Part shown: piece after piece, positions 41,901 through 56,900 of the stretch
Position numbering within the stretch: the stretch's first letter is position 1
Layout of the letters: each line of letters starts with the position of its first letter
Source: Phoronis australis
Taxonomy: Eukaryota; Animalia; Phoronida
Length of the DNA: 64,000 nucleotides
NCBI GenBank assembly: GCA_002633005.1
Contig: NMRA01000003.1
Coordinates: 604,696-668,695 of the forward strand
Direction: 5' to 3'
Notes under the pieces: model-generated
Told to the model about the DNA's origin: nothing
Databases searched by the model: none
Seen by the model: the letters and a program-made list of their open reading frames with translations, nothing else
Translations under genes and position numbers: made by a program

Positions 41901-44900
41901 GAATACGTGACTGTACTCTGGAATAAACAAACTGTTAGTTTACAACACAGTGTCCTGACATAATGCCTTTCACTCAATTTGTAATTATTATCGTAATCTA
42001 TTTTGCCCGGGGTACGCCACGAGCTATGTTGCAGAGTAAAACAAGAGGAGGATTGCGAATATTGTCATTTATTATGACGTAAATAGATAAAACTAACTAA
42101 GACTCTGTAAGATGGGCATGGACAAAACGCCAATTCACAAGTAGAGTTCCAGAGAAACAATTGCTTGTTGTTTGTTTTGTTTAATTCACATCAATTTTGG
42201 GACTAGACTGAGCAGAGTTATCTGATGGGAAGGCTTACTGAGTCTTGTCTACCTCAAAAACAAAGCAAACAGATATTTCAATTTGTACCACAAATCACAG
42301 TTAAACACTAGGGAAATTGGAAGGACATTTTGCAACAGATTCAAATTCTCAAGACATGTTATGTAGTGTAAATGACAAACTTACAGGAGAGCCTGTTGGA
42401 ATAACCGTCACAATTACGTCATCAACTGGTCGAACTTCATTGATTGTTACGTTGTAGATATCTGGGTTGAAACTTAGCGCATCACTGTCTCGTTGAATAG
42501 CCACAGTAAGGGTGAAGTCACAAAACTTGGGAGGTACACCCTTGTCTGTAGCACGCACTACCACCTGCAAGTTAAGGACAACATCATACAGCTACTGCAG
42601 TGTATATCTGGGCAATATTCCATCACTTACAAACACTTTAAGTCTGGTATACATGTTACCTGTTGGCCACATCACATGACCTAATTCCATCACTTAGCAT
42701 AGTACAAAGAAGTTACTTGGAATAAATAAATCACACTTATGAAGTATTTTTCCCAAAATAGAAAGTGTGAAGAGACAAAAGATACCAACAGTCTTACCTG
42801 GTAACTTGTCTTGCCCGTGGTCTCCACTGAATTACTCAGCGTCAGTTTTCCTTCTTGGTTTACAGAGAAGAACTTGTGCGAATCACTGAATTGAATTTCC
42901 CTCACACTGTATACAATTTCATTGTTAGGAGCCTGCAACACAAAAGACATATTATAAACTTACACAATTTCTTCGACCTAAGTAAAATGCATTTGTACAT
43001 AAATAATGGAATCATACTTTAACATTCAATTCAAACATCATAATAATGCAGTATCAAATTATAATAAAGCATTTGACTGCACAAAAGACATGATTGTAAA
43101 CATACAAAAACAAAAATACCTATTTTGTCTACAGCGAGTGACAATGTAAATGAATTGCAGAGGAAATGTAAAGGAAAAGAAGCAAGCAACTCAATTCAAT
43201 ACCGTGACATCGGAGTCAGTGGCAACTAGAGTTGCCACCAGTTTTCCAGGTGGACTGGTGTATGGGATACTGTACACACTTCCGCTTGGCTGAGAGCACA
43301 CTGGGGTATTTAGGTTACGATCCACTTTAATCGTCAAAACACCAGTGACCTCTCGAGAAGGGTCGCCTCCATCACTTGCTCGCACCCGTACCTGTTAAGT
43401 AGGACAGATGGAATCAGTTTAACAAATAGCAATCTTAAAACACTGGCAGTTAGGATTACCTAGAACAACGAGAACTAAAAATGAGAGTAGGTAATGACGA
43501 AAAGTTTGTCTCTGTAGTCACGAGCCTACAGTCCATAAACTTTCATAAAATACAACCTTGACCTTTATCCTGTTAACCGAACTTACTGTATACGATGTCC
43601 TAGTGTCCTGAATCAATCCAGGGCCGTCCTTGACCTTGACAGGAACTGAGTTGATGCTATTAGCTGTTGAAGTATTCATCATGAAGAAAGAGAGGGCAGC
43701 ACCATCGCCAATGGCTTCCAGTTTAATTTCGTTAAACTGCGCCTAAATGTCAGCATAGTATTTCAATTAGAATGACGTTGACTTTCTACTCCTCACACTG
43801 TCAACAAAGCCAAACATAAAAAATCAACTAAACAATAATACAGTACGTCTGAGATAGGTGTATAAAAACATAAATCTTTCAGAAATTAATGATTAAATTA
43901 CATTAATATTTTACAACAGTTTAATTCACATGTCATACAGAGACAACTAGAACAATCACATTAGTACACATGTGAAGTAAGTTAAACAGACATGTGGGTC
44001 ACACTTAATGTATACAAACACTAAAAAGAGGAGCGCAAAAGGTTTGAAATACACCAACAAATTAGCACTGCAAGCAATATTCTTCTCAGGGTGTCTATTA
44101 GTTTCAAGTATTATTAGACTAATTTGACCACTACGATATAATATATCAAAGCTCAAAATCAACTGATACTGGGACATCCTAGTCACAAACCCATATTTGA
44201 GATCAAAATTTGTCAAGACATGCCGTATTGACAAAAACTAATGGACAAAAATGTCAAGCAAAACATTGTCAATAACTAAAACAGCAAACAGAGGATGCCA
44301 TGGAGTCCAATCCTTTGAAAAATCAACTGGAGTCTTGTACATACCAGCCATAAACTGTTATGTCAAGTTGCAGTACAATTTGTTACTTGAGAAAAACTAA
44401 AACAGCCAAAAGGGGGCGTCACAGTAATCGAACCCGACTCAGAGGACATGTGCTGGTGCATTCCAACTACATATTTCCATGTCACGTTTCGTCAAAATCA
44501 GTAAAGATGTTTTGCCAAAAACGGATGAAAAAAGATTTTGAATTTCTTGTCAAAAACTAAAAATGGCCAATAAGGGGTGCCAAAGCAGTCAAATCCATCC
44601 AAAAATCAAGTGGAACCGGCGCATTCCCACCACATACCTTCTACATAAAGTTCTGTTGAAATTTGTAAATTAAAGTTCTTTGGTCAAAAATTGACGGATT
44701 AAGGAGTTTCTAGTCACAAAAAACAGCCAACAGGAGATGCTACACTAACCGAAACTCTTTAGAAAATCGACTGGTGTTGGTGCACTCTTGTCACGTAACT
44801 GTGCAAAATTCCATCACATTCAATAATTGTACTTTATAAGACTATCAACAGACAAGCAAAGGCAATGAAGAGTGGGATGCTGAATACAACAAGCAAATTC

Positions 44901-47900
44901 ATTAGAACTAGACAACATAGAAAAAGTTCAAGCTTACCACACTGTCTTGATCTCTAGCTTCCACTGTGAATACGACATCATTGGTTGGTTTTGTGAGAGG
45001 GATGGTGATTTGACGCGGCAAGTTCAGCGTAGGTGCAAAGTCATTTCGTTGAACAGTGATAATGACCGCAGCCGTGTTGGTGCTCTCTAATGAATTTGGA
45101 GTGCCCAGATCTCTCGCCTTTACTTGCAACTGAGAAGATAACAATGTGAAGATGAGTTAGATAAATGCAGTAATGCATGCTACTTCAATAATGAACAGAG
45201 CACCAAAGGTAGATTTTAAACATTGCATTTCCCATTTCAAATATTAACTTATTTATAATCTAAATAGTTGTTTGACAGCAAAGTATATTCATTTTGGAAT
45301 AATGAAAAATTATAATTGAAAAAATTCTATGTTTCATGCTAAGAAAGACAAAAATGTTTTTTCTAAATCATTTTTTTGTGTCACTAATAAGAATAAAGTT
45401 TTTCAAAAAATGTCTTACATAATATGCCCTCATACTTACACTGTAAGTCTTGGCTTACATAATATGCCCTCATACTTACACTGTAAGTCTTGGCTTACAT
45501 AATACGCCCTCATACTTACACTGTAAGTCTTGGCTTACATAATACGCCCTCATACTTACACTGTAAGTCTTGGCTTACATAATATGCCCTCATACTTACA
45601 CTGTAAGTCTTGGCTTTCATAATATGCCCTCATACTTACACTGTAAGTCTTGGCTTACATAATATGCCCTCATACTTACACTGTAAGTCTTGGCTTACAT
45701 AATACGCCCTCATACTTACACTGTAAGTCTTGGCTTTTGTAGTGTCGCCTACCAGATTCTTCTTAACAAAGATGGCGCCAGTATTCGAGTTGACATCAAA
45801 ATAATTTGAAGGATTCACAAGTTCATACCGTAGAGTGTTATGAGGGGCCTATAGAAGAAAAACATACATTGTAATGAAACCATAGCTAACTATTCAATGT
45901 CTAACACAAAAATTACAAAATGCATTATATACTGACATACAAAGCACATTTTAAAACAAAAATTGAGCTACGCCAAATCCACCAAATGAGGTTCAAACAT
46001 CTAGATTTGACATAATGCACAATACATGGCCACATATTTCAACTTACGGTAAAACCTGATAATTTCCGACGAAAATGATTGCCAAAATTGACATTTTCTA
46101 ATTTTTCAAACGTTGTGAATGCATGTCCACAAAGTTTCAAAACATTACCTGTTGGTAGCAGAATTTGAACATTGCAAAGCATTATGTTGGTGCCACACAG
46201 CTGAACTCGTCCACCATATTGGGTTCTAAATTAGTGACATTTTACCGTACGTGTCTTTACTCACCGAGCGATCATTGTCCTTTGCACTGACAGTCAGAAT
46301 GGTGTTCCCAAGAGGTTGCGTCTCTAACACTGTCTCACGGTAGGTAGTGCAGCAGGTATCGAAGAATGGTCGATTGAGGTTGCGTGAAATATAAACTTTC
46401 AAGTTGGTCAAGTCAAATGCACCTGGACCATCAGTTACTTTCAGGAGCAAAGTGTATTCATCATCGGTATCTTGGAGTACTTGCTTTGAAACCCGAATCT
46501 GCCCATTATTATCAATGGTGAAGTACTGGAGTGCTTTAAAGTCACCAATGATTTCAAACTTGAGGTTCCTGAAGGTTGGCTCAGTATCGCTATCCACAGC
46601 TGTGGCTGTAAACACGAGGTCGTTGACTGACGCGTCGGCTCTCATGGTCGTATTGTATGGAGTCTGCGTGAACTTGGGTGCTCTGTTGAATGTTACGCTG
46701 ACCTGTACTTGTGATGTGGCACTTCTGCACACAGGATCACCAAGATCATACGCTCGCACGTTAATCTATGAACAAAGTACATTACACACAATGAAGATGA
46801 ACGGTAAACAATACTAATTCAAGTACTTAACATTATATGAAGAGAAAAATATGGAATTTTAGTTAATCAAATTCCAAGATAATTCTACTTCTTTTTATAT
46901 ATTAAATATTGAAGTGATGAAATTTAGACAACTTGTAATGTAGTCAACCTTTCACAAATAGAAATGGCAATACTGCCAATCACTTTTCTTCACAATAGCT
47001 AAAAATTTGCCAACCTCTTAACACCACATCAAAAAATCCATAGATTCACTGAAGCAGTACGGACATCCGCAGCTTTCGCACAAAACAAACATGCGTTTGG
47101 ATGTACTGACTGGGAGGCAAACATTCAACATCTTAGCAGTCTCATTCTGGTGATTTAAACTGAAGTGCATTGCAGGATTCTCAGCCATTTGCTTACTTCT
47201 TCACTGCTCAGTCCTTGACATATACGTGACGTACACACCATTGACATACAAATTATGACATCAGGATGGTGCAATACGAATGCGACAAAACGTCCAAAAA
47301 AAGCTATTACGTTACTAATAGAAACATCAGCTAGGAGAATAGTGAAACTTTTAAAGGTTTAAAGCATCAGCAGTGGCACAACATGATTTTTTTTCAGTCA
47401 CCAACAGTGTTGTTTTAAGATTGTATGCCTACCACTGGAAGGGCACCAGCACTGGGTTTTTGTCGCAGGAAGATCTCTCCATTAAGGCTGTTGATGGAGA
47501 ACTTGTCTCTAGCATCAGCGTTTGTTATTTCATAGCGCACGGTTTTAGGAAGCACCTGAGGAGAGAAATCCAGAGTAGGTTATTATAATCTGAGGAGCAA
47601 AACTTTTCAGACATGGATGACAAAACTGTTACATACATCACTTTGGAAATGACTGCCGGACCATGACATTTGAAAAGGTTAGGAAGGTAACAATACTTCA
47701 AACATTTTAAGTCTGGTCTGCATGCCATCTATTGGCCACATCACCTGACCTAATGAACATAAGTCCGAAAAGATTCTGCCCCTGATTGGGACTCGAACCC
47801 AGGACCTTCTGCTCATCGAGCAGATTTACATTTAAGTTAACAAAGAATATTGTTGTTCCCTTTTTGCTTCTGATGTGTATTTTGGACGGATGATTACTTT

Positions 47901-50900
47901 TCATATTTTGTTTAACACACAACAGTATGCAAAATGTCAGAGCATAAACAGAAAAAAGGAAAAGTATGTATAGGCAGCAAGTTTCCCTACACAACAAATG
48001 TAGAATACTTTAGATCCAAGGACAGTCTAAGCGATGGGTTGTTGGTCAGATTTTAGCTATGGCATGAAAATAAGATCTCAAGTACCTCTTTAGCAAAACG
48101 TTTATGTACAGAATGTTTAAACTGACCTCACATGAAAAGGCCAAGACCCCTCCTATGAGTAACACTATCTAATGACTCCTAGTGGTTTTCCATATCTTAA
48201 ATACTTGCTGAACTATACAAGTTACATGCCACCAGTAACAATGATAAGAAGACTAGTTGTCATGCAGAAACATGGAATACCTGCACATCACCATCTGTGG
48301 CTGCAACAGTGATGACTGGAATGTTGGTGTCATGAGTCTCCAGTATAGTGCGACTGTAAGTGCTGCTCGTCATGACTGGACAGTGGAGGTTGTGATTGAC
48401 ATTGATGGTCATTGTTGTCGTGGCTGTGCATGGGGGCTGCCCCTTATCAGTTGCAGTCACTCTTAACCTGTATGGGGTCGTTAGGTCTCTGTCTAAGCGG
48501 CCCACCAATCTCACTTCACCGCTAGTCTGATCGACACTGAAGACCGTGGTAGCTGCATCAATACCTACCAACTGGTAAGTCAGGTCACCAAAGTTAAACC
48601 TCTGAAACAAAAACGCTTAATTAAAAGAAATCGTTAACTTCTTCATATTATTGTCAACAAGTAGAGATGTACGCATAACTCCTAACTGTGACCACAATTC
48701 AATATTTCACATTCAATGACGAAGCACGAAGCCCCATCCTTCATGACCAACTTTCCTTCTTCTTCTTCTTCAGCGTTCCCGAACATGTAGTTTAGATGGT
48801 CAGTCTGGTCTGCTCAGGTGTCTGGGGGTCAGTTGACTCAAATCAGTTAGACTCAATATAATGACCAAGGTAATATTCAGAGGAAATTATGAAAAATCTC
48901 CTATTTACAAGTACTCACAGTGTCCGTGTCAGTAGCAGACACACTGCCAACAGTGCCAGTTGCATTCTCCATCAATGTCAGTGGGTTGATGGCATTGAAA
49001 AAAGGACATGTGTTGTGGATGACATTCACAGTCAACGTAAGAGCTGGCACGCTTGTTCTACTTGGGTTACCCTTGTCAGTAGCTGAGACGACCACCTATA
49101 GTAAGATGTTTGGGAAATCATACCGTATCTTTATCACAAATTCAGAAAAATTACAACTAAGTAATTTTACGCATTAATCTAAAGAAAACTATGAAAGTGA
49201 TGACCATGCCATCCAATTAATGCATTTCGATGAATATTGTTTGCACCAAACGGATGAAATGTTTATATAGAAGATGAAAGGTAAACATAAACAGGAAAAC
49301 AACAAGAAACTTACAGTGAATGTGTTGATCTGCCTGGCAGCTAGTGTGTTGAGAGCCAACTTTGGTGAGATACCTCCTGTATTCTCGTTTATGCTGAAGA
49401 AGGACTGAGCTTGAGAGTTTCCAGCAATCCTGAACATAAACTGGTTGTTTGGAGCCTACAAAACAGTGACATATACAGAAATCTATGTTTTCTGGTGTAG
49501 AAGTTGAACTAAATTATGTTAAATCTCACATTATCTGGATAAAATTAAAAGAACAGAATGTCCTCAATCTAAAGCTATGTGGTCATGTTTCAACGACTAT
49601 ATGTAAAAGAGTTGTTGCGTACGATCACGGGCAACCTGAGGAAAACCTTCGACTTCCCAATTTGGTTGAGGTGATGAGACTACAGGTAGCTATACTGTGA
49701 TTAGACTGCAGATAACTATAATGTGATGAGACTGCAGGTAGCTATACTGTGTTGAGACTGTGGTAGCTATACTGTGATGAGACTGCGGTAGCTACACTGT
49801 AGTTATATTACCATGAGACTGCAGGTAGCAATAATGTGATAAGACTGCATTTAGCTATGTGATGAGACTGCAGGTAGCTATAATGTGATGAGACTGCAGG
49901 TAGCTATAATGTGATGAGACTGCAGGTAACTATGCTTTTATGAGAGTGCAGGTAGCTATACTGTGATGGCACTTCAGGTACCTACACTAGTGCCCAATGT
50001 GTTGCTTACCAGTATGTCAGCATCTGTAGCCTGTGCTGTGTAGAATGACACACCCACAGCTTGATACTCAGGGATGTCAATTGAGTCAATGGTCTTAGTC
50101 ATAGTAGGAGATTTACTGTTCCTCACAATGTTCAACAAAACAGTGGCTGTGGCTGTTTTGGCAGGCGATCCACCATCTGATGCTAAGACACGAATCTAAA
50201 CCAACACGTATACAAATACTTAATACTTAAACACAAGGCACTGAGAGGGTAAACAATCAAAATTTCCTAGAAATGAAATACTGGTCAACATCACTGAAAC
50301 AGGTATGTGATCAAAACTAAATGTGCAGAAGCATAATAATTACACACTGTTAAGAGCAAACAATCTGAATGAAATGACCGACAAAATATTTTATCAAAAT
50401 TTAAGTTGGTTAAAAATTCCACAGAAAAGTCCATGTTATGAAAAAGAAAATGAAGTTTCATAAAAATAAGGCACTTACCACATATTGATTGACAGGATCG
50501 TTCAAGAAGGAGCTCTTGACACTAATTTTGCCAGTGTTGGGATCCAACGTGAAGAAGGTGTCCACATTACCATCTCCTATCATTCTGTATCTCACCACAT
50601 TAAAGGGAGCCTGAAAGGCAACCCACAGGTAATCAGTGAATCACACTCAACTGTGGTTAAAATTTGTCACGTGACTGAACAACAGATAATTCGGTGTGAA
50701 TTTGGCTATAGATCACAAACAGTAACTGATGTGCCGAACCTTTCATCGATCAGCCTCAATTCATTCGACCTCACATTAATTTCAGAAATTTGACAGAAAG
50801 CATTCATACCAGAAAATGTTCAAATAAATGACAGAGCTGTTGTGGCATATGTTCAACACAAACGGAACATCCACAGTAGCCATAAATAGTGCAATGTACC

Positions 50901-53900
50901 ATACACTACTTACCCTGGTGTCTGAGTCATTAGCGTACACCTTGTCATACACAACATTACCAGGTGACGTGCTATCCGCGATATTATTAGCCACGTACGG
51001 TTCAAACCAGAACTGTGGTGCATGCTGGTTACGGATGACATCAATGGTGACCTGAGCTTGTGCACTGTTGACAGGTGTTCCTCCGTCGCTGGCTTTTACA
51101 AAAAACTGTCAAAGTAACATTTAAACACCACTGACAAATGAATAGTAACTCACCTAACACAAATGGGAATTCTGAATATGGCAATCACGTTGAAGAGTCA
51201 TTTCATAAAAATTTTAGTGAAAATAGTCACTTACTCGAATATTCACAGCATTTGACACAAACATTGGGTTATTAAAATACTCTAAATTGACACTAAAATA
51301 AACTGTGACAGTAATTATTTGATGAACTTAATACAAACAAGTAAACCGATTTCTTTCTACAGGATAACCAAAGTGCTAGTCATACCGTGTATCTATTCTG
51401 GTTACACTGTGTAGTCATCAACGATCCCTTCACCACAATGGTGTTACCAATCATGGCGAAACAGTTGTAAGCTGCAGTACCAGGGACTATCTCATACGAC
51501 ACAACATTGTTAGGAGCCTGAAATGGACATGGCATGCAACTAAGACTGATTCAACGAAAAGTGCACAGGGTATGTTTAGGACGTTCCTCATTACCAGAAT
51601 CTATGCCATTAATCAAGTGGTGTCTACAAGGCCAAACCAAGGTAAAGAAAATGCAAAGCAAATGTCAAGAGAGAAGAAACAGCTAACTATTCATTGTATT
51701 TTATGTAATTTGCAACCTTTGTGAGTCACCACAAAATCTTATTTTTAATCAAATAGTAAATTTTTACCTTATATGTAGTTGCTATTGCACTAAACTACAT
51801 ATTTCAGAAGTTCTTCATAGAACAGACCTCAGTTCATGCCTTTTATGTCAAAACATATCAAACAACTACTACGGCATTATAGCCATAAATAGTTCTTGTA
51901 AATAAAACATACCATTTCTCACAATTAAAATTCTGAGCACTATTCCACAATCTGGATCAATTTGCATGTCAGTTTGAACACTAGTCATTTCATCATCAAT
52001 TGTCTTGGATTTTAATTTCACACCACGCAACGGAAACCAAGGGAGCTCATTACCAACTGGTGGCAGGAAACATTCACAGTGAAACCTTGGCACAACACAG
52101 AGTGACAGAACATAATGTGGATGAACTATTACCATGACTCACCACAGTTCATAGTATCAGGAAGACAAGTATATCAAACAGCAGTACTGTAACAGTGAAT
52201 CGTCTGGTTTCCGAAATACGAGTGACAGTCTCCTAGCCTTCACCAGTAATATCTATCCAAGCACGGTTGAAAAAGAGATACTTATCATGCTAAAATTCTC
52301 ATTCATTTCGGATATATGGATTATTTTTCAGCCCGAGAAATACCTTTAAGCACAACCTAATCAACTTACAGAGGTATCACCATCAGTTGCAGAGACATTC
52401 AACACATTTGACCCAGGTCCTTCTGTCTCAAAAACTTCTCCAAAATAGGGAGCTAGCGTGAACACAGGCGTTTTAAGATTCCTCGTCACGGTAACCCGGC
52501 AACTGGTCTGATTACTTCTGGATGGGGTACCATTGTCAGAGGCTCGAACAGTGAACTGAAAAGTGAAATAACAATGAATATCACACTTTGCTGATGTAAC
52601 AACACTCGCTTCATACTTCCAAAATGCATGTCTACTACTCCAGCTTTCCTGGAAACAAAATACAAAAACAGTAATGCTAGACAATTTCACAAAATCTGAC
52701 AGGAAAGCAACAAAATATTTATAAGTAGTACAAAGACTGAGATCAAAGCAGAAGGGTACAAGAAATGTGGTCAATAATTAAACAATACTTAACTCACTAC
52801 ACACTGTTTACAGAAAAGACTGCTCTAACACACATTTTTGACTTAACATTACTGCTAACTTAGCCAGCAAGGAGACCATGAAATGCCACTGATCAAAGAA
52901 GCTGCGGTACTTTATTGAAAATAAAACAAGAAAAGACAATAACCTGGTAAAAAGATGATGAGTCTGATCCCAAGTCATTCTTCACTGTGACCAGACCAGT
53001 AGATGGGTCAATTTTGAACAGTTGTGTCACTCTGCTATCACCAAGTAATTCGTAGGTCAGTTTATTGAAGATATTCTGAAACACAAATATTGAATAGTTG
53101 ATACACAAATACTGAATAGTTGATACACAAATATTGAATAGTTGATACACAAATATTGAATAGTTGATACACAAATATTGAATAGTTGATACACAAATAT
53201 TGAATAGTTGATACACAAATATTGAATAGTTGATACACAAATATTGAATAGTTGATACACAAAGGCCATGCAGAGAATAACATAACTCACACACATAAGT
53301 TATAAAAACAAGGATAAAGATAATTCCAAGATTTTTCCTGACTGTCAACACCCATGCCCTAAGCACAAACCACTTACAACAGCAACTGATGGTTATGCAA
53401 CAGAACTAGATCTGATATCTTGTTTCAAGTAAACATGCGACAATTGCAGCAGTTGTTCACAACATAATGATAATGATGGCTCGGCAAACAACCCCACACA
53501 TCAAGTTCAGAGAAACTGATGCCATAGCATTTAATAAATGTGATAATTGCCAAGCCTGGGGTAAGGATAAACTTGCTGAAGGTCCACGAGGGATAAAGGA
53601 GCTAGACATTTAGGCACACTTGGGTTTCGATCATCTTTCACCAAAAGTAGCAGTTAAAATCAGATACCAGTACCTTTCCCTAAAACTATTATTGACCCGA
53701 CGAATAAGGACCACTGATGTAAAGTTTAGTTTTTAATAGAGCTGAGTGTTGAGAAGTAACAAAAGAAGAGGAAGCAGTGTGGCATTGTGGGATTAGTGTC
53801 CATATCCTTTACTCAAGGTTGTGGGTTTGAGTCCTGCTGAGGCACACATCTAAACTCTTGAGTCAGGTCTGTAGCTTTTCCGCTCAGGTTTTGACTGTAT

Positions 53901-56900
53901 ATTAATGAAGCATGGGCCCTGAGGAGTAGCCTACACACGTCTGGTACAACGTGTACCAGAACTCCTGCAATTATTTTATTAATAAGTCAAGGGAAACAGA
54001 GTTCTTACAGCGACATTAACAAAACATAATTTGTGCAGTTGTGTGCCAATTGTGGCTGTAGTCTACTCATTACTACACTTCATAATCAATGTACAGGTGT
54101 TACTGAGATGAAAGGAATGTACCTCTGTATCTGTGTCCTGTGCATTCAGGTCAACAACAGGGGTGTTGGTCCCTACATCGGCCCTAATAGTACCAGTGCA
54201 CGGCAAGTCGGTGAAAAAAATCGTGCCATCATTACGTTGCACATTGATAGTGATGTAGGCCAAAGTGGTGCTGGTCTTTGAAGGGTCTCCACCATCCTTA
54301 GCCTGTACTGTGCCTGTATACTGCATACCACTGTCTAGACGGAGGTCTTTACCAACACTAAGGTCACCCCCTGAGCTAATGCGGAAGTACTCCATGAACT
54401 TAGAGTTGCCAGTCAGCGAATATGTCACAGACTTGTAGGGTACCTACAGATGGTACGAGTTATGTAGTGAATACGTCAATGACCTGTAGGCTACCTACAC
54501 AAAGTACACGTTAACTTGTCTAATTATATGACAAAGCTTTTTAAAGCCACCATGTACATTTTATTGTCTTAATATGACAATTAACAAATAGCCTATATAT
54601 TTTTTCAAGATGCATGTTTATAGAAAAAATTCATAGAACTGAATGAATTAATACGACCCTACAAAAGTAATTCTGAGGAAGGTGTACAGGTACAAGTGAG
54701 CTTACACAGACCATTGGGTAGCAATACTTACACAAGTCACTTAACTTCAACAGAAACACTTTTACAACAACCGTACTATAACTCACCAACAGGTCCCTGT
54801 CAGTGGCAACAACAGTGAGAATTCTTTCCCCAGTACTCTTTGTCTCAGGTATAGTGTCAGTGTAGTTCTGAAAGAATTCTGGGCGGAACAAGTTACGGTT
54901 GACTTTGATGGTCACCGTGGTGACGTCACTCTTCCGAGGATCACCACCATCCTCCGCAATCACTCTCAGCTGAAACATATGAACTACGTTATATCTATAG
55001 TAAAGTGGTTGAATGACGACTTATCACACAGTTCCAAATAATGCCTAAAGATGGAGTGCATCCACTCCAAACTAATTAGCTTACATGAAAATATTATGAC
55101 ATGTCTACTTGACACTTACGTGTAGTCTAACAGTAAAACAATGCTTAAAGGCTGCAATATGACCAAATGTTATTTCATTTTAAGTACGAAATTAAAAAAT
55201 AAACAAAAAGTCTTTAACTAACCTGATAGGAAGGTGTTTTTTCAAGCCTAATGCTTCTGGTGAGAGTGATCTCTCCAGTATTGGAATTCACAGCAAATGT
55301 GTTCGATGGTTCAAACAGGCGGTAACTGACAACGTTGAATGGCTGTGAAGAGAATACGCAAATACGACATTAGTGAACATCACAATTATGTAAAAACATT
55401 CATCTCACACCATGTTAAGGATACCGTTTGTTACTTTATCATTTCACGACATTTTCACACTCAGACACTGCACATCGACATGTCAAAGACATTTGCTGCT
55501 GCATTCTCCAGAATCCACAAAGAGAATACTGTGACAATAAGATTCGCTCTGTTCTCCATAAATCTTCTGTTTGTGGATTGCCCCTCAAGCTACTTGAACA
55601 ACATTGGCTGTAGGCCTTCCATTTAGCTCTTTTCACAACTTTGCACTTCTCAGACTTATTCACTTCATACCACCTATGACCACAGTATCAATGGCCTATA
55701 AACTCTATATGAATGGCAAATGCTCTTCAACTTAGCACATAGTGTGGTGAACCAATATCAATACAAAAGTTTAGGAAATTTAACTACGTCATTAACTTTG
55801 GTTGTAGTTACAACTATCATAAAACAATACAGAGAAATTCGCAAGCACTCTGTAGCCTTTAACGTCAAGCAGAAAATCGTGCAACTGAAGCAATTTAAAT
55901 TTTTGTGAGACATTGAAGAGTGATTCTGAAACTGTAAACTGATACATTTACTATCTATTGTAACAACAAAGCATATAAATTTGTCCCTTAGATTGGAAAA
56001 CATTTTCCAGAGGACACATTGTCCAGTGAAAACTAAATAGCACAGGCGATAGATAGAAAAACAATAAGAGTTGTAATATTGCTGAAATGGCAATCATGTA
56101 ATGCATCACTTACACTTGAGTCGTCTGCATCAGTAGCATTAACCATAACAACTCTTGTGTTCTGGATATGGTCCTGACTGATGGTCTCCTCATAAGGTTC
56201 ATTTTGGAATATGGGTGGGAACTTGTTGCGCTTGACGAAGATCTTCACGTTTGCGTTAGGTGAACTTAATTTCACTGGATTTCCAGCATCAGTGGCTTGC
56301 ACTTGGAACTGTCAAATAAGAATGTTATTCTAACTAGGAAGACTATACTAGTGCCAGAGTATTGTATAAAGATGTAACACAAATCTCTCATCTCATTATG
56401 CAATCTTTAAAAAAAGAATAAATGGCTTAAAAAGAAAGTGATGAATGATATTTACTGTAAAAATAGTTTAACTCCTGTAAAGCTAGACTGTAGTAAGATA
56501 CCTCATAAAGCCCAGTGTCTAAGTTGTCTGCTCTGAGATCTCGCTGAGCACTGACGACACCTGTTGTTGAATCCAGATTGAAATAGGTGCGAACTAGACT
56601 ACTAGCGCCAACCATGGTGTAGGTGACGGTATTGTCTGGAGACTGAAATATAGAGAGGACAAATGCTTAGGGACAATAACAACAGTAATACACAAGAACT
56701 TCAATTAGCACTTAGACATGTTGCAGGACAACAGAGGACTAACCGTAAAATAATGACTGAGACCAAATGTGTCAATTTCTTAGCGATATGTCTGTCAAAC
56801 GCAACTTGTTTCAGAAAACCACCTTTATTAAAATCATAAAAATAACCCCAAAATAAAATAAAACAACATCGAAATAACTCTCATTATTAACACATGGGGT

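Noticed and set aside
46404-46817. Plus-strand ORFs overlapping exons (e.g. 46404-46817, 2027-2209, 28161-28367, 38353-38607)
   Set aside because: Antisense shadows of the cadherin exons with no recognisable domain.
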